Shown: piece after piece, positions 48,614-58,890 of the stretch
Layout of the letters: the number at the start of each line of letters is the position of its first letter
Numbering within the stretch: the stretch's first letter is position 1
Assembly (NCBI GenBank): GCA_964486045.1
Contig: CAZALK010000008.1
Span: 1 to 64,000, forward strand
Direction of reading: 5' to 3'
DNA from: an uncultured archaeon
Lineage (GTDB): Archaea; Asgardarchaeota; Lokiarchaeia; Sigyniarchaeales; SOKP01
Length of the DNA: 64,000 bases
Translations under genes and position numbers: made by a program
The notes under the pieces: generated by a model
Database searches by the model: none
Told to the model about the DNA's origin: nothing
Seen by the model: only the letters and a program-made list of their open reading frames with translations

Positions 48614-50401
48614 TTAATTATAAACTAATTTACTTAATTCTTCTACTTTACGGGCTAAATAATCGATACCTTTTTGCCAAAAGGAAGAGTCATTAAGATT
48701 AATATCGAGTGTAGAAAGCATCTTTTCAGGAGAAAGAGAAGTGCCTAAAGAAAGCAATTTAATGAATTTTGGGATAAATTCCTCTTTTTGTTCTAAATAC
48801 AATTGATATAATGAAATTACTAATAGGTTTGACATGTTGTATGCATAGACATAAAAAGGAGCACTTAAGAAGTGCGGAATTACAAAACAATATTCAGCAT
48901 AATCATCTTTAAGATTACTAATAGAGTTTCCAAACATTGCCTTCATTTCTTCTATGAATTTTTCTTTAATTTCGTTTGTCGTTGGAAGTTTTTTTTCAAT
49001 CATATCATGTATTTTTACTTCAAAATTATAGAAAGCGTTTTGTCTAAATGAGGTTGCAATGTTTTTTTCAATAAATATGCATAGTAGTGCGATTCTTTCT
49101 TCGTTAGTAAGGTCTGTATTCATTAAATGATCCAAAGTTAACATTTCATTAAAATTAGAAGCAATTTCCGCTACAGCTAGAGATATACCATTATTAAGAT
49201 AATTTTGATCTCTTTGGATATAAAAAAGTTGGATTGCATGACCTAATTCGTGAGAAAGAGCTAGGATTGAATCAACAGTCTCAGTAAAATTAATAAACAC
49301 AAAGGGATAATGTTTTAACTTTCCGAATCCACAAAAAGCACCCCTATTTTTCCCTTTTCTTGGAGTTACATCTATATGTTCAAGTTCAAGCATTTTTTCT
49401 ACGATATTTTTGAATTCGGGGTGAAACTGTTCATTCACTGTCTTAATGAGCTCAATTGCTTCGGAATATGAAAAATTTTTAGTGATCTCACTGACAGGTG
49501 CATACAAATCAGACATATGCAGTTCAGTAAGTCCTAATAATTTCTTCTTAAGGTTGTAATATATTTCAACTATTTGATAATTTTTTGTTGTCACATTCCC
49601 GAGAACTTCCACAATTTCGTCGCTCAACTCATTACTAAGATTTCTTCTCGATATAGGATTTCTATAATTCTTTTTCTTACTTCCTAAGTCCCAATCTTTT
49701 AAGATATTATTAAAAATATGAGTGAAAACCATTTCATTTTCCTTATATTTTTTTACAATAGTTTGTAGAGCATTATATCTGAGTTCTTTATCTGGTTGAT
49801 ACATAAAAGCGAACAATTCGGATTCTGTTAATTTTCTCTTTTCCCCATCAACTTCAAAGTCATATATGAAGCTACTTTTCAATTCACCATAGAGTTTGAT
49901 AAACCCATTCACTCCAGTTAAGTTCTTCATCAAAATTATTTGTTCTTCTTTTTCGGAAAGTTGGTGGGGTTTTTCCTTCCGATTTACATCAAGCACATGA
50001 TAGTAATTCTCCAACAATGGGGATGCAATCATTTTATCATATTTATCATCTGAAATTAAATTAAATTCTAAGGGGAAAAACAGAATCATATCCTGTATTT
50101 TTACATTAATTTCTTCGATTTTCGATTTAAAAGTCTTAATCTCATCATTTAGAGTATTAGTGGAATACGAAAATAATGCATAAAAGTGTAAATATGCTGA
50201 TTTTTCAGAGATATCCTCGTACTCTTGTAACCATCCTAACAATTGTTCTGGAGTTAAAGTGGGAACATTGACTTTCCCTTTTACGTTATGGTTAAATTCT
50301 TCTGATGCTTTTAATACAGATTGGATATCTTTTTCAATATTAGAATCAGTAATACTCTCATAAAAATCACTCAAATCCCACTCAATGATTTCTTTGGTCA
50401 T
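48614..50401 (-). CDS. pepF: M3B oligoendopeptidase F
   Basis: WDLSD N-terminus, KGKNRGAFC, HELGH zincin motif, AEIASNFNE and PHF...FYVYAY. Confidence 0.92.
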   Translation of the reverse strand: MTKEIIEWDLSDFYESITDSNIEKDIQSVLKASEEFNHNVKGKVNVPTLTPEQLLGWLQEYEDISEKSAYLHFYALFSYSTNTLNDEIKTFKSKIEEINVKIQDMILFFPLEFNLISDDKYDKMIASPLLENYYHVLDVNRKEKPHQLSEKEEQIILMKNLTGVNGFIKLYGELKSSFIYDFEVDGEKRKLTESELFAFMYQPDKELRYNALQTIVKKYKENEMVFTHIFNNILKDWDLGSKKKNYRNPISRRNLSNELSDEIVEVLGNVTTKNYQIVEIYYNLKKKLLGLTELHMSDLYAPVSEITKNFSYSEAIELIKTVNEQFHPEFKNIVEKMLELEHIDVTPRKGKNRGAFCGFGKLKHYPFVFINFTETVDSILALSHELGHAIQLFYIQRDQNYLNNGISLAVAEIASNFNEMLTLDHLMNTDLTNEERIALLCIFIEKNIATSFRQNAFYNFEVKIHDMIEKKLPTTNEIKEKFIEEMKAMFGNSISNLKDDYAEYCFVIPHFLSAPFYVYAYNMSNLLVISLYQLYLEQKEEFIPKFIKLLSLGTSLSPEKMLSTLDINLNDSSFWQKGIDYLARKVEELSKLVYN

Positions 50402-50582
50402 ATTTCAGAAAAGAAGCAATAATTATTTGAAGTTTACTAGAAGTTTAAAACATAATTTAGTTAAATGACCAGTCGGAATTATGGAAGGTATTTTAATTCC
50501 ATTTTTTATTTTTTTCAGATATATTTTTTAAATCATAAAAACTATTTATTTCACTAAAAAGTCATACTAAAAAACTTACAGA

Positions 50583-51509
50583 GTGAAATATCAAATGGTT
50601 AGTGAAGGGATGAAAACAATAATAAACATGCTTTTCCAACAAGGAGAAGTTGCGACAAAAAAAAGAGTAGAAGAAGGTCGTGCTAAATTTGATCAATTAG
50701 AAGCTATGTTACAAATTCCAAATGATGTAAAAATTGAGAAAATCGAAGTTAGCGGTGTTCCTGCCCTATGGATAAGCACTCCTGAAGTTGTAGAGGAAAA
50801 TATTGTCCTATATTTACATGGAGGAGGTTATGTTCAGGGTTCAATCAATTCACATAAGGAGTTTGGTTCAAGGATTTCTCGGGTTTCAAATTCGCGAGTA
50901 TTATTATTAGATTACCGTCTAGCACCTGAAAATCCCTATCCCGCAGCTTTAGATGATGCGGTTGCTGCTTATAAATGGCTGATCGATAGCCAAGGAATTA
51001 ATCCTAAAAATGTAATAATTGGAGGAGAATCAGCTGGAGGAGGTTTAACATTAGCAACGCTTTTGAGATTACGAGATACTGGCATCACGTTACCTACCGC
51101 AGCAATTATACTTTCACCATGGGCAGATTTACTTATGACTGGAGATTCAATGAGAACAAAAGCAAAAGTAGATCCTCTTGCGAATGCAAGTGACCTTTTC
51201 TTCTTAGCTTCTTTATATATCGGAGAAGATGATCCCAAGAATCCTTATATATCACCATTTTATGCTGATCTCAAAGGATTACCACCTATGTTAATACAAG
51301 TAGGTGGTGCTGAAGTTTTGCTAAACGACGCTACTAGAATTGCAGAAAAAGCAAAAATTGCTGGAGTTGATGTTCTTTTAGACGTATGGGAAGATATGAT
51401 TCATATGTTTCAGATGTTTGCATTTATGGCTCCAGAAGGCCAGAAAGCAACTGAAAAAATAGGAGAGTTTATTCAAAAACACCTAAAAAAAGAAGTTCAG
51501 ATAATTTAG
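50583..51509 (+). CDS. Alpha/beta hydrolase (HSL-family esterase/lipase)
   Basis: HGGG, DYRLAPE, GESAGG and WEDMIH motifs. The start may be ATG 50595. Confidence 0.93.
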   Translation: MKYQMVSEGMKTIINMLFQQGEVATKKRVEEGRAKFDQLEAMLQIPNDVKIEKIEVSGVPALWISTPEVVEENIVLYLHGGGYVQGSINSHKEFGSRISRVSNSRVLLLDYRLAPENPYPAALDDAVAAYKWLIDSQGINPKNVIIGGESAGGGLTLATLLRLRDTGITLPTAAIILSPWADLLMTGDSMRTKAKVDPLANASDLFFLASLYIGEDDPKNPYISPFYADLKGLPPMLIQVGGAEVLLNDATRIAEKAKIAGVDVLLDVWEDMIHMFQMFAFMAPEGQKATEKIGEFIQKHLKKEVQII

Positions 51510-51594
51510 TATTGAAATTTAATTTTTTTTTTTATCCTCCAGAAATATTATTTCCATAAGATATTTTTGAAATAGAATTTTAATTAAAGTTATC

Positions 51595-52677
51595 ATGGGA
51601 TATGACATTATCTCATTGCCAGTTACAATTCTCTTTATACTAAGTGGATCAGGGTTATTTTATTATGCGATTAGACTCAATCAAAAATATCCAATGGAAC
51701 ACAATTTTATTAACAGTATTTTAACATACTTGTTATGGCTAACAGCAGGAATAATATATCCTCTCTTTTTCTCTGCCTATAATCCGAATATTCGATTTTT
51801 CCAAATGCTGTCAACCTTCTTTATTTGTATATTCACTCCAAGTATAATAATTTTAATTCTGTATTATCAATACAAATTAATTGTAGAGAAGCATCCAAAT
51901 ATAAAAGAAAAACGGAATATTGAAACTTTTTTACAGAGCTTTGGTCAAAAGAACAGTCAAAATTCAGATCAAAGATCAAAAAAACTAAGAACAGATATCC
52001 ATAGAAAAGCATTACCTATATTTCCTGCTGGAATAATAATTTTACTTTGGATTTTTGCAGTATATATTTGGGATGATATCTGGAATGTTAATCTAGTTTG
52101 GGGAATAACTGGAAAGGAATTTGGTAGATTCTTAATTTTAACTGCGGGATATTCGGGAATTTTAGTATTTGGTGCTTTAGATTATATCAGATTATCTTAT
52201 GTTTTTGAAAAAAAGAACCTATTCCATCTTATCCCAGATAATGTTTTAAATCTCTTAAGTAAGTCTATGAGGCGTGAAGAAAATTTTGATTTCATAAGGC
52301 CAACAGTCCTAGTTCTATCATTTGCTCCCATATTTTTTTTTCCATTCTGCATATTTGCAACTTCAATATTAATCGCAACGATTGGAGATGGAGCCGCATC
52401 TGTGTTTGGACTTAGATTTGGGAGAATTAAATTTCCTAGATCGTCTGAAAAAACGATTATTGGATATGTGGCAGGTTTTTTAGCCTCTTTTGGTATAGCT
52501 TTTATAATAATCATATCATTTGAACCAGCTCTGCAAAACATCAAGATTTTGTTAATTAGTATTAGTGGAGGACTTACATTTCTTATAATTGATCTTCTAA
52601 ATCTAAGAATTGATGATAATATCTTAAATCCAATTTTTTGTTCCTTGATAATGGGAGTTTTGTATTTTCTCTTGTGA
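51595..52677 (+). CDS. CTP-dependent dolichol/phytol/diacylglycerol kinase-like membrane protein
   Basis: Multi-TM protein with HRK, IGDGAASVFG, EKTIIG and IDDN motifs. Confidence 0.8.
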   Translation: MGYDIISLPVTILFILSGSGLFYYAIRLNQKYPMEHNFINSILTYLLWLTAGIIYPLFFSAYNPNIRFFQMLSTFFICIFTPSIIILILYYQYKLIVEKHPNIKEKRNIETFLQSFGQKNSQNSDQRSKKLRTDIHRKALPIFPAGIIILLWIFAVYIWDDIWNVNLVWGITGKEFGRFLILTAGYSGILVFGALDYIRLSYVFEKKNLFHLIPDNVLNLLSKSMRREENFDFIRPTVLVLSFAPIFFFPFCIFATSILIATIGDGAASVFGLRFGRIKFPRSSEKTIIGYVAGFLASFGIAFIIIISFEPALQNIKILLISISGGLTFLIIDLLNLRIDDNILNPIFCSLIMGVLYFLL

Positions 52678-53120
52678 CGATGATTTTAAAATACCAATAC
52701 CTGGCGTAGTTCTAATTTTAAGAAATTAAAGAAATCATGAATAATGAAAGGTAAAAAAAAAAATAGTAAAATAGATTTTGACGCAATATGTAAAAATAAG
52801 CTAAACTGGTTTAACATATTCAGTGATTTCAAACTTATATATTACAATTTGCCTTCTTTTTAATCGATATTTCGCTTTGTTTATTTTAAAAACAATATTT
52901 TACTATTGTGTAGAAGATATAAGACAAATGTTTATTTAAAGCTTTTCTTCATGCTTATCTTTATATCCAACCAAAATATCGTTTAAATAACTAATTTCTT
53001 TGTTATTGAGTTCAATTTTTGAAGGATTTATTGTTAACACATCTATAAAAATAAAATTTTATAAATAGTTATGTTCTAAACATATTGCCACAATATTTTA
53101 AACAATAAATAAAAAATATA

Positions 53121-53564
53121 TTGAGAGTGAAAGTGAAAAATTTGCCTCGTGTAGAGAGAAAAGTGGATATTTCAGCACCTCAAGAAAAGATTTTCAAGAT
53201 AATTGATACAGATCGGGATTATGCTCGATGGAATATTGTCGTGAATGAGGTTACTGAGCTTGGTCCAGGTAACTATTTCTTTAAAACAAATGTGGGAGAT
53301 GTCACGTCAACTCGTGTTGAAACCAATCCGCCTGAGAGTCTTTCTGCGTCTCAAGAAGGAAGCCCAATGACAAGTTTAGGTTATGTATTAAAACCAAAGG
53401 GAGATATTGTAGAAGCTACGATTTGGGCGGAATTCGATGATGCAGGTCAAGAACAAATACTTGGTATGGCTGGGGAGATGCTTGTAAGTAGTTTGAAAAA
53501 ATATGCTGAATACCTTGAAGCTGGAGGAAATCCAGAAGATTATAACAAAAAGAAAAAATACTGA
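53121..53564 (+). CDS. SRPBCC/START-like family protein
   Basis: VDISAPQEKIFKII...YARWN...VETNPPE and a C-terminal SLKKYAE helix. Confidence 0.8.
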   Translation: MRVKVKNLPRVERKVDISAPQEKIFKIIDTDRDYARWNIVVNEVTELGPGNYFFKTNVGDVTSTRVETNPPESLSASQEGSPMTSLGYVLKPKGDIVEATIWAEFDDAGQEQILGMAGEMLVSSLKKYAEYLEAGGNPEDYNKKKKY

Positions 53565-53582
53565 AATTAATTTATTATTAAA

Positions 53583-54107
53583 TTAGTCTTTTCTTTTATT
53601 TTTTAGCACACTTTTTTCTGCTTCTTCTAAAGAATAAAAAAGATCTCGACCATTGTCATACTTCTCAACGTAGCAGAACCTTAGAAAAAATAAACTTTCA
53701 GGGAAATATTGAATGACTTGTATTTTTTTTATTAAAAGTGAAGGATTTTCATCAATTTTCCCCTGTATTGTTGAAACTACTTCAGGTTGTAGTTTTCTGA
53801 ATTCACTTACAAAAGATAAAAACTTATTTAATGGATCTTGATTTCTATCAACGTTCTCCGTGATAGCATGAGCCCATCCGTATGATAAATTCCAATTAAA
53901 TTTCATTTTAAGCCATTCACCAAAATGTTTGAAAAGAGGAACTCTTACCTCAACGATCGAATGTAATTCTAAACATGAATCATAACCAGCCAAAAACATT
54001 GATAATGATCTGATTGATTTGTCTGGAATGAACATACTTGTACGTTCTTTAATTCTGTCAATCAGATCAAAAATATTTTTCCTTTCAAAATAATTTTTCA
54101 TAGTCAA
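53583..54107 (-). CDS. Hypothetical protein (bacterial-looking helical family)
   Basis: 174-aa ORF directly downstream of the displaced polB 3' end, with the pattern IKERTSMF...SIRSLSMFLAGY...FGEWL...GWAHAI...FVSEF. Confidence 0.7.
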   Translation of the reverse strand: MTMKNYFERKNIFDLIDRIKERTSMFIPDKSIRSLSMFLAGYDSCLELHSIVEVRVPLFKHFGEWLKMKFNWNLSYGWAHAITENVDRNQDPLNKFLSFVSEFRKLQPEVVSTIQGKIDENPSLLIKKIQVIQYFPESLFFLRFCYVEKYDNGRDLFYSLEEAEKSVLKNKRKD

Positions 54108-54148
54108 GATCTTTCAACCAAACTCGTTTTTTTGATTTTCTGAATAGT

Positions 54149-54588
54149 TTAGAAAAAAGCATCCATCTTTTTAATACCTTTAACTTCATCAAATGTAATT
54201 CCGAGTGCATCCAACACTTGTTCTAATGCGGATGTCAAGAGCTCCTTATATTTTTTAGTATCAATATCTTGGAGTTTGGCTAATTCTAGTGCTTTTGCTC
54301 CAATAAGACCTTTACTTTTAATAAAACTAATTTTTTCACCCTTTTGAAATTCCCTTTTAGTAATTTTTTTCAATTCGAGAGCAGCTCGGACATGTTGTGG
54401 TATAACCTTAGTATCATTTTTAAGAGCCTTTTTAAGACTCATATTTATCGCGTAATCATTCAAGTTAAAGTATTAGATTTTCGAATTTTTTTGATATTAT
54501 CTCTTACGATTCCAATTATTTCATCTTTAACATTAGTAAATTCTTCAATTTTTGTGATATTTTTTAACATTTCAATTAAAATTGAAAA
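54149..54588 (-). pseudogene. polB: Displaced, frameshifted 3' fragment (~150 codons) of family B DNA polymerase
   Basis: FSILIEMLKNITKIEEF...KKIRKSNT/FNLNDYAIN...IPQHVRAA...QDIDTKKYKELLTSALEQVLDALGITFDEVKGIKKMDAFF aligns colinearly with the PolB C-terminus at 60608-61060. There is a one-base frameshift near 54468. Confidence 0.9.
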
Positions 54589-54968
54589 ATTGTGAGAAAA
54601 TTCCCCATATTTGAGATTTGGACAATTTATACAAAACGTTTTTAAATCTGTGATAAAAGATCAACCTATTTATTTTAGAGAAGATTCATAAACTTTACCT
54701 TGACAAAAATATCAAATCTTCATTTTTGTAAATTCTTTTACGTGCTAAAATAAAGTATTCGCTCTCAAACTCTCTAACACACCGTAAAAAGATAATATTT
54801 AAAATGAACAAAAAATCATTCTTAGACTGCTTCAGGGAGTGCACGATGATGGAAAAGTTGTTATGCGAAAAGTATAGAATGATAAAAATTAGAAAGGAAA
54901 TATTTAAACATCCGGATGAAAAGATGATGGGAATTAGAGAATTTTAGATTCCGCTTGACAAAAAATTT

Positions 54969-55859
54969 TCATTGATAAAAAGGAATAATTCTTGCATAGT
55001 TAATATCTAAAAAATGCAAAATCAATTTAAAATCCTTCAAATTCAGAGTATATATCTTATTCTCTGAATTAATCAATAATTCACATATAAAAAAATCTCC
55101 TAGATTAAAGCAATATCGCGTGTGAAAATCATATTTTCTCTTATTAGTATTAATATCTATCAATTTTTCTACTGTTTTATAGAATCGGTCATCTAAAATT
55201 AATTTATTTTTCTCACAAAAACCTTGGGCTTCATTAAGAATAGTACTAAATACTTTTTTATATTTCTTAGTTAATTGTTCTAATTTAAATTCTCTGGCAT
55301 TGCATATTTTCTTCGCACAGCTATTAATATATAAAAATTCATAACAAAAAGTATTTTCATTATATACGATTTCCCACTCCGATCTTGGACATGGATATGT
55401 TAGGTTATTATTCCATTTAGAGATTTCTTCTTGAAACTCTAATAAATCATTAACAATAATATTAAAAGCTGATTTTACTCTATGAATTTGCTTTTTTTCA
55501 TAATTTGGATCAGATTTCTCTACAGGAATTTTATCAATACAGTTTCTTATAATTGTAACAATAGAGGTACAGCGATTTTTTAATTGAGGGCTTCTTTTTC
55601 TCTGGATATATTGGTTAATATCAATCCAAAAATCATCAACATTAAATTGTTTCTTTTTCGAATTTAATTTTTCAAAAACTATTTCCCTTAATTTAAAAAA
55701 TGAATTTAAAATTACTGTTCCTATCTCTGATTTTAAAATCGGATTAATTAAAATGTTATTTTTAAATGTAATAAATTGATTTTTTATTCTGTCTTTCTGT
55801 GAGGACTTACCATATAAATAATACACCAAAACACTTGTATCGGGGATTATAGCAATAAT
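54969..55859 (-). CDS. PIN-domain nuclease with a large helical insertion
   Basis: The frame upstream of TTG 55829 reads IIAIIPDTSVLVYY (PIN motif-1 Asp), and the C-terminus reads LGDFFI...IYTLNLKDF. A start at ATT/ATA behind GAGTGA is required. Confidence 0.75.
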   Translation of the reverse strand: MIAIIPDTSVLVYYLYGKSSQKDRIKNQFITFKNNILINPILKSEIGTVILNSFFKLREIVFEKLNSKKKQFNVDDFWIDINQYIQRKRSPQLKNRCTSIVTIIRNCIDKIPVEKSDPNYEKKQIHRVKSAFNIIVNDLLEFQEEISKWNNNLTYPCPRSEWEIVYNENTFCYEFLYINSCAKKICNAREFKLEQLTKKYKKVFSTILNEAQGFCEKNKLILDDRFYKTVEKLIDINTNKRKYDFHTRYCFNLGDFFICELLINSENKIYTLNLKDFKLILHFLDINYARIIPFYQ

Positions 55860-55915
55860 TATACATCACTCATCTCTTTCTATTATTGCTGTTATTTGCA
55901 TTTTATATTATTCAT

Positions 55916-57130
55916 CTAAAGTTCTATTTTTTCTTTAAAATCAACGAATATATGATGATCTTCTCCTATAATTTTGATCGATTCAATATCGTCTTTTTCA
56001 GAAAATTCATCAATTTCTTCAATTAATTTAAAATCAGTAATTTTTGTTTGTATCTCTTCAATTTTTTTTGATTCAGTTGTCTTCTCTCTTCTAATAATTT
56101 GTTTCTTTTCCTCTTTTTTTATACTTCTTAACTCATTTTTAAATTCTTCATAGTCTATTTCCAGTTCTGGCAATTGATCCTTATAATCTATGAATTCAAG
56201 TGAATTTTTTAATTCATTAAAATGTAATCTTAATTTTTCAATAGAGGTTTTATTCAGAGGATAATTTAATTGCAAGGATTTTAGAAAGAATTTCAAAAAC
56301 TCCTTTTTTGAATCAAGACTAGTTAAGTGAGTTTTTTCAAAAGTAAGTACTTCCAATAATTTATATTTCAAGAATTTAAACGATTCATCTGGATCATCTA
56401 TTGAAATGTTATCTATAGTGAAGACTAAATGTTTTTTATTAATTTGACTTTTAGCTTTAATACCTTGACGAATTTCTTCCAAAATTGAATAAAAATGCTC
56501 TTTCTCTATGTTTTTTTCATTTCTACAGAATAAATTCAAAATACCATCAAGATTGCTAAATAATTTAATGATATAGCCTTCATCTAAGCTATAAATCATC
56601 TTTAATATAACTTCTTGATTAAAGAATTTATTATGCGCTATTATTTGTTCTTTAATAATGGATTTCTGGGTAAATTTAGGCTTTAAGTAATAACAAAGTT
56701 GAATAAGATCAGTCAAATGTTCATGATCATAATGTACTGATAATATTTTAATTAGTTTGATTTCCTTTTTGAGGTCAGAATTATTTATATAGTTATCTTT
56801 TAATATACTTTCAATTTCTTTCTTTCTTTCAGGATTTATTTGATATAATCTTTTAGAATCTATAGGAATAAAATTCGAGTTTTTCTCGAATACTTCTTCG
56901 TAGGAAATGAGTTGCTCAGTAATTAAGGGTGCAATATTCGTTTGAAAATTAACTGCAAATGGACCTAGATTATATGAAATGAAATCAAGATCAGATTCAC
57001 CCTTAAGTTCAAATATTTCCTCTAATAAGAACATTAATTTCATTGCTCTTGTTATTAAGGTAGTGTGTACTTTCGAATAATACAATATCAATAAAATCTT
57101 TTCATTAAAATCTAGATTACTTAAGCTCAT
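55916..57130 (-). CDS. wHTH antitoxin-like protein (SocA/Panacea/YwgA-like N-terminus) with a helical and acidic C-terminal extension
   Basis: ILLILY...ITRAMKLMFLL...FISYNLGPFAVNF...LITEQLI pattern. Overlaps the upstream gene by 14 nt. Confidence 0.6.
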   Translation of the reverse strand: MSLSNLDFNEKILLILYYSKVHTTLITRAMKLMFLLEEIFELKGESDLDFISYNLGPFAVNFQTNIAPLITEQLISYEEVFEKNSNFIPIDSKRLYQINPERKKEIESILKDNYINNSDLKKEIKLIKILSVHYDHEHLTDLIQLCYYLKPKFTQKSIIKEQIIAHNKFFNQEVILKMIYSLDEGYIIKLFSNLDGILNLFCRNEKNIEKEHFYSILEEIRQGIKAKSQINKKHLVFTIDNISIDDPDESFKFLKYKLLEVLTFEKTHLTSLDSKKEFLKFFLKSLQLNYPLNKTSIEKLRLHFNELKNSLEFIDYKDQLPELEIDYEEFKNELRSIKKEEKKQIIRREKTTESKKIEEIQTKITDFKLIEEIDEFSEKDDIESIKIIGEDHHIFVDFKEKIEL

Positions 57131-58454
57131 TTTCTATTTCCTCCTTTTTCTTTTTTAATAACTCCCAATTATTCATTTTTAAATTTGTACTAAATATTTC
57201 TTTTATAAATTCTTCTAAATCACAATGCAATTGGCGATCTACATTATAAAAATTATGGTTCATCAAAATAATATTTTGTTTGGTCTTCAATTTTTCCTTT
57301 AGAGTCTTTACTGCTTTTCCCCTGAACTTATTATAAGCATTTACATCAACTGGATTTTGGAAATATATATCAAATGCTCTCTGTAATGATTTAATTCTAA
57401 AATCATAACAACTTGAACATTTACAATTATAGTCTAAACTAGGTTTACGCAATAAATCCTCTGAAAACCCTCGATCATTATAAAATTTACCATTTCTTTG
57501 AAAATAAAATCTTCTGGTTCGAGGAACCATAGCAGGAATATTTACATTAAGACCAGGATACCCACTAATTCTTATAATTTTTTTAATATTAGGATTTATT
57601 TTATCAATAAGTCGTGAGCTACAAACACCAATATAAAACACGAATAATTTAGCAAATACTGAATTGAACTTTTCGATTATATCATAAAACTCCTTCATTT
57701 CCTTTTTACTGGCACTAATCTCATTGAAATCTACAATCCATAATCCTATTTTATTAAAGAACTCATATTTCTTTATTATTTCAGTAATATCATAATGATG
57801 TTTCATATAATCTTTTAGATTTAATACAATCATGGGAATATGGTTATTTAAATTATATGTCTTGACATATTTAAGAGATAGATTATATAATTCCTCAATA
57901 GCTTTTTCATTAATACTATTTAATTTTTTAAAAAAAGAACCTTTCTTAGAAATTTTTATTGGAATTGCTGGTAAAAAAGGAATAGTAAAGCAAGAAACTT
58001 TGAAATTATCATGACTCTTAAATAATTTCTTTTCAATTAAAGTCCTCGGTCTATTTTTGTATTTCTCAACAAAATCAATAATCTGAATTGACTCTGATAT
58101 TTCTTTTTTAAAATATTTTTCTAAATTAGCACCTTGAAAATCAGAAACAAATAAACTATAATCTTTTAGAAGTTTTTCTTTTGTTTCATCGTTTAGAGAA
58201 GGAGTTTGAGGATCTATCAGATAGGGGCGAACATTATAATAATTCTTATATAAAATAACCTCCTTATTAAGACTTTCAATTGATTTTATAAAAGATTCAT
58301 CAATTTGCTTCTGTTTGGTTTTTTTGTCCTCTTTGAAGAAATGTCTTTTAGGAACTAGAAATCCCTTGCATAGAGAATGCTTTAAATAGAGATTTAATCT
58401 TTCAATTTCCGTCTTAAATTGAAGTTTATAATATATATTTGACAATTTAATCAT
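57117..58454 (-). CDS. TGT-like (TIM-barrel) protein with a C-terminal CxCxxC...H zinc site
   Basis: YLIDPQT near the N-terminus and RRFYF...CKCSSC...MNHNFY at the C-terminus, resembling the tRNA-guanine transglycosylase Zn subdomain. Confidence 0.55.
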   Translation of the reverse strand: MIKLSNIYYKLQFKTEIERLNLYLKHSLCKGFLVPKRHFFKEDKKTKQKQIDESFIKSIESLNKEVILYKNYYNVRPYLIDPQTPSLNDETKEKLLKDYSLFVSDFQGANLEKYFKKEISESIQIIDFVEKYKNRPRTLIEKKLFKSHDNFKVSCFTIPFLPAIPIKISKKGSFFKKLNSINEKAIEELYNLSLKYVKTYNLNNHIPMIVLNLKDYMKHHYDITEIIKKYEFFNKIGLWIVDFNEISASKKEMKEFYDIIEKFNSVFAKLFVFYIGVCSSRLIDKINPNIKKIIRISGYPGLNVNIPAMVPRTRRFYFQRNGKFYNDRGFSEDLLRKPSLDYNCKCSSCYDFRIKSLQRAFDIYFQNPVDVNAYNKFRGKAVKTLKEKLKTKQNIILMNHNFYNVDRQLHCDLEEFIKEIFSTNLKMNNWELLKKKKEEIENELK

Positions 58455-58890
58455 TTATTTGTTCTTTTAAGATATATCTTATCTTCTGATAATTCGCTTG
58501 GATAAGATATTTACTTTTTTTCGGCTTTAATTCAATGATATTTTTATCTTTTGATACAATTATTAATCCTATCCCTTCGTTAATTAACATATCTCTATCA
58601 ACTTTATCTTCATAATCTTTCCAAATAGCTAATGAATTATAAGGAATTAGAACCCGATTTCCTAAAGTTTGTCCAAATCCTTTTTTCCAATTAAATACTT
58701 TAAATTCTAATGCGTGGGCAGTTCCAAACCGATTATTATACTTTCTTAGTTGAACAAGATCGATTCTTTTTTGATTATTTTTAACTTCCTTAAAGATTAG
58801 GGTTTTGTCGCCTTCTATCAATTTTAAATTCCCGATATAGGTATTCACCATTTCAAATTCTGAAATAATTTGTTGATTTTTGACCAGCAT
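58447..58890 (-). CDS. PD-(D/E)XK restriction-endonuclease-fold protein (MmcB/sce7726-like)
   Basis: E...RIDLV...ALEFKVFNWKKGFGQ...GIGLI. Overlaps the next gene by 8 nt. Confidence 0.7.
   Translation of the reverse strand: MLVKNQQIISEFEMVNTYIGNLKLIEGDKTLIFKEVKNNQKRIDLVQLRKYNNRFGTAHALEFKVFNWKKGFGQTLGNRVLIPYNSLAIWKDYEDKVDRDMLINEGIGLIIVSKDKNIIELKPKKSKYLIQANYQKIRYILKEQIND

Noticed and set aside
54149-54463. Independent 104-aa gene or split PolB small subunit
   Set aside because: Homology to polB continues upstream across a frameshift to ~54588, and the full polB already has this region, so it is best read as a pseudogene fragment.
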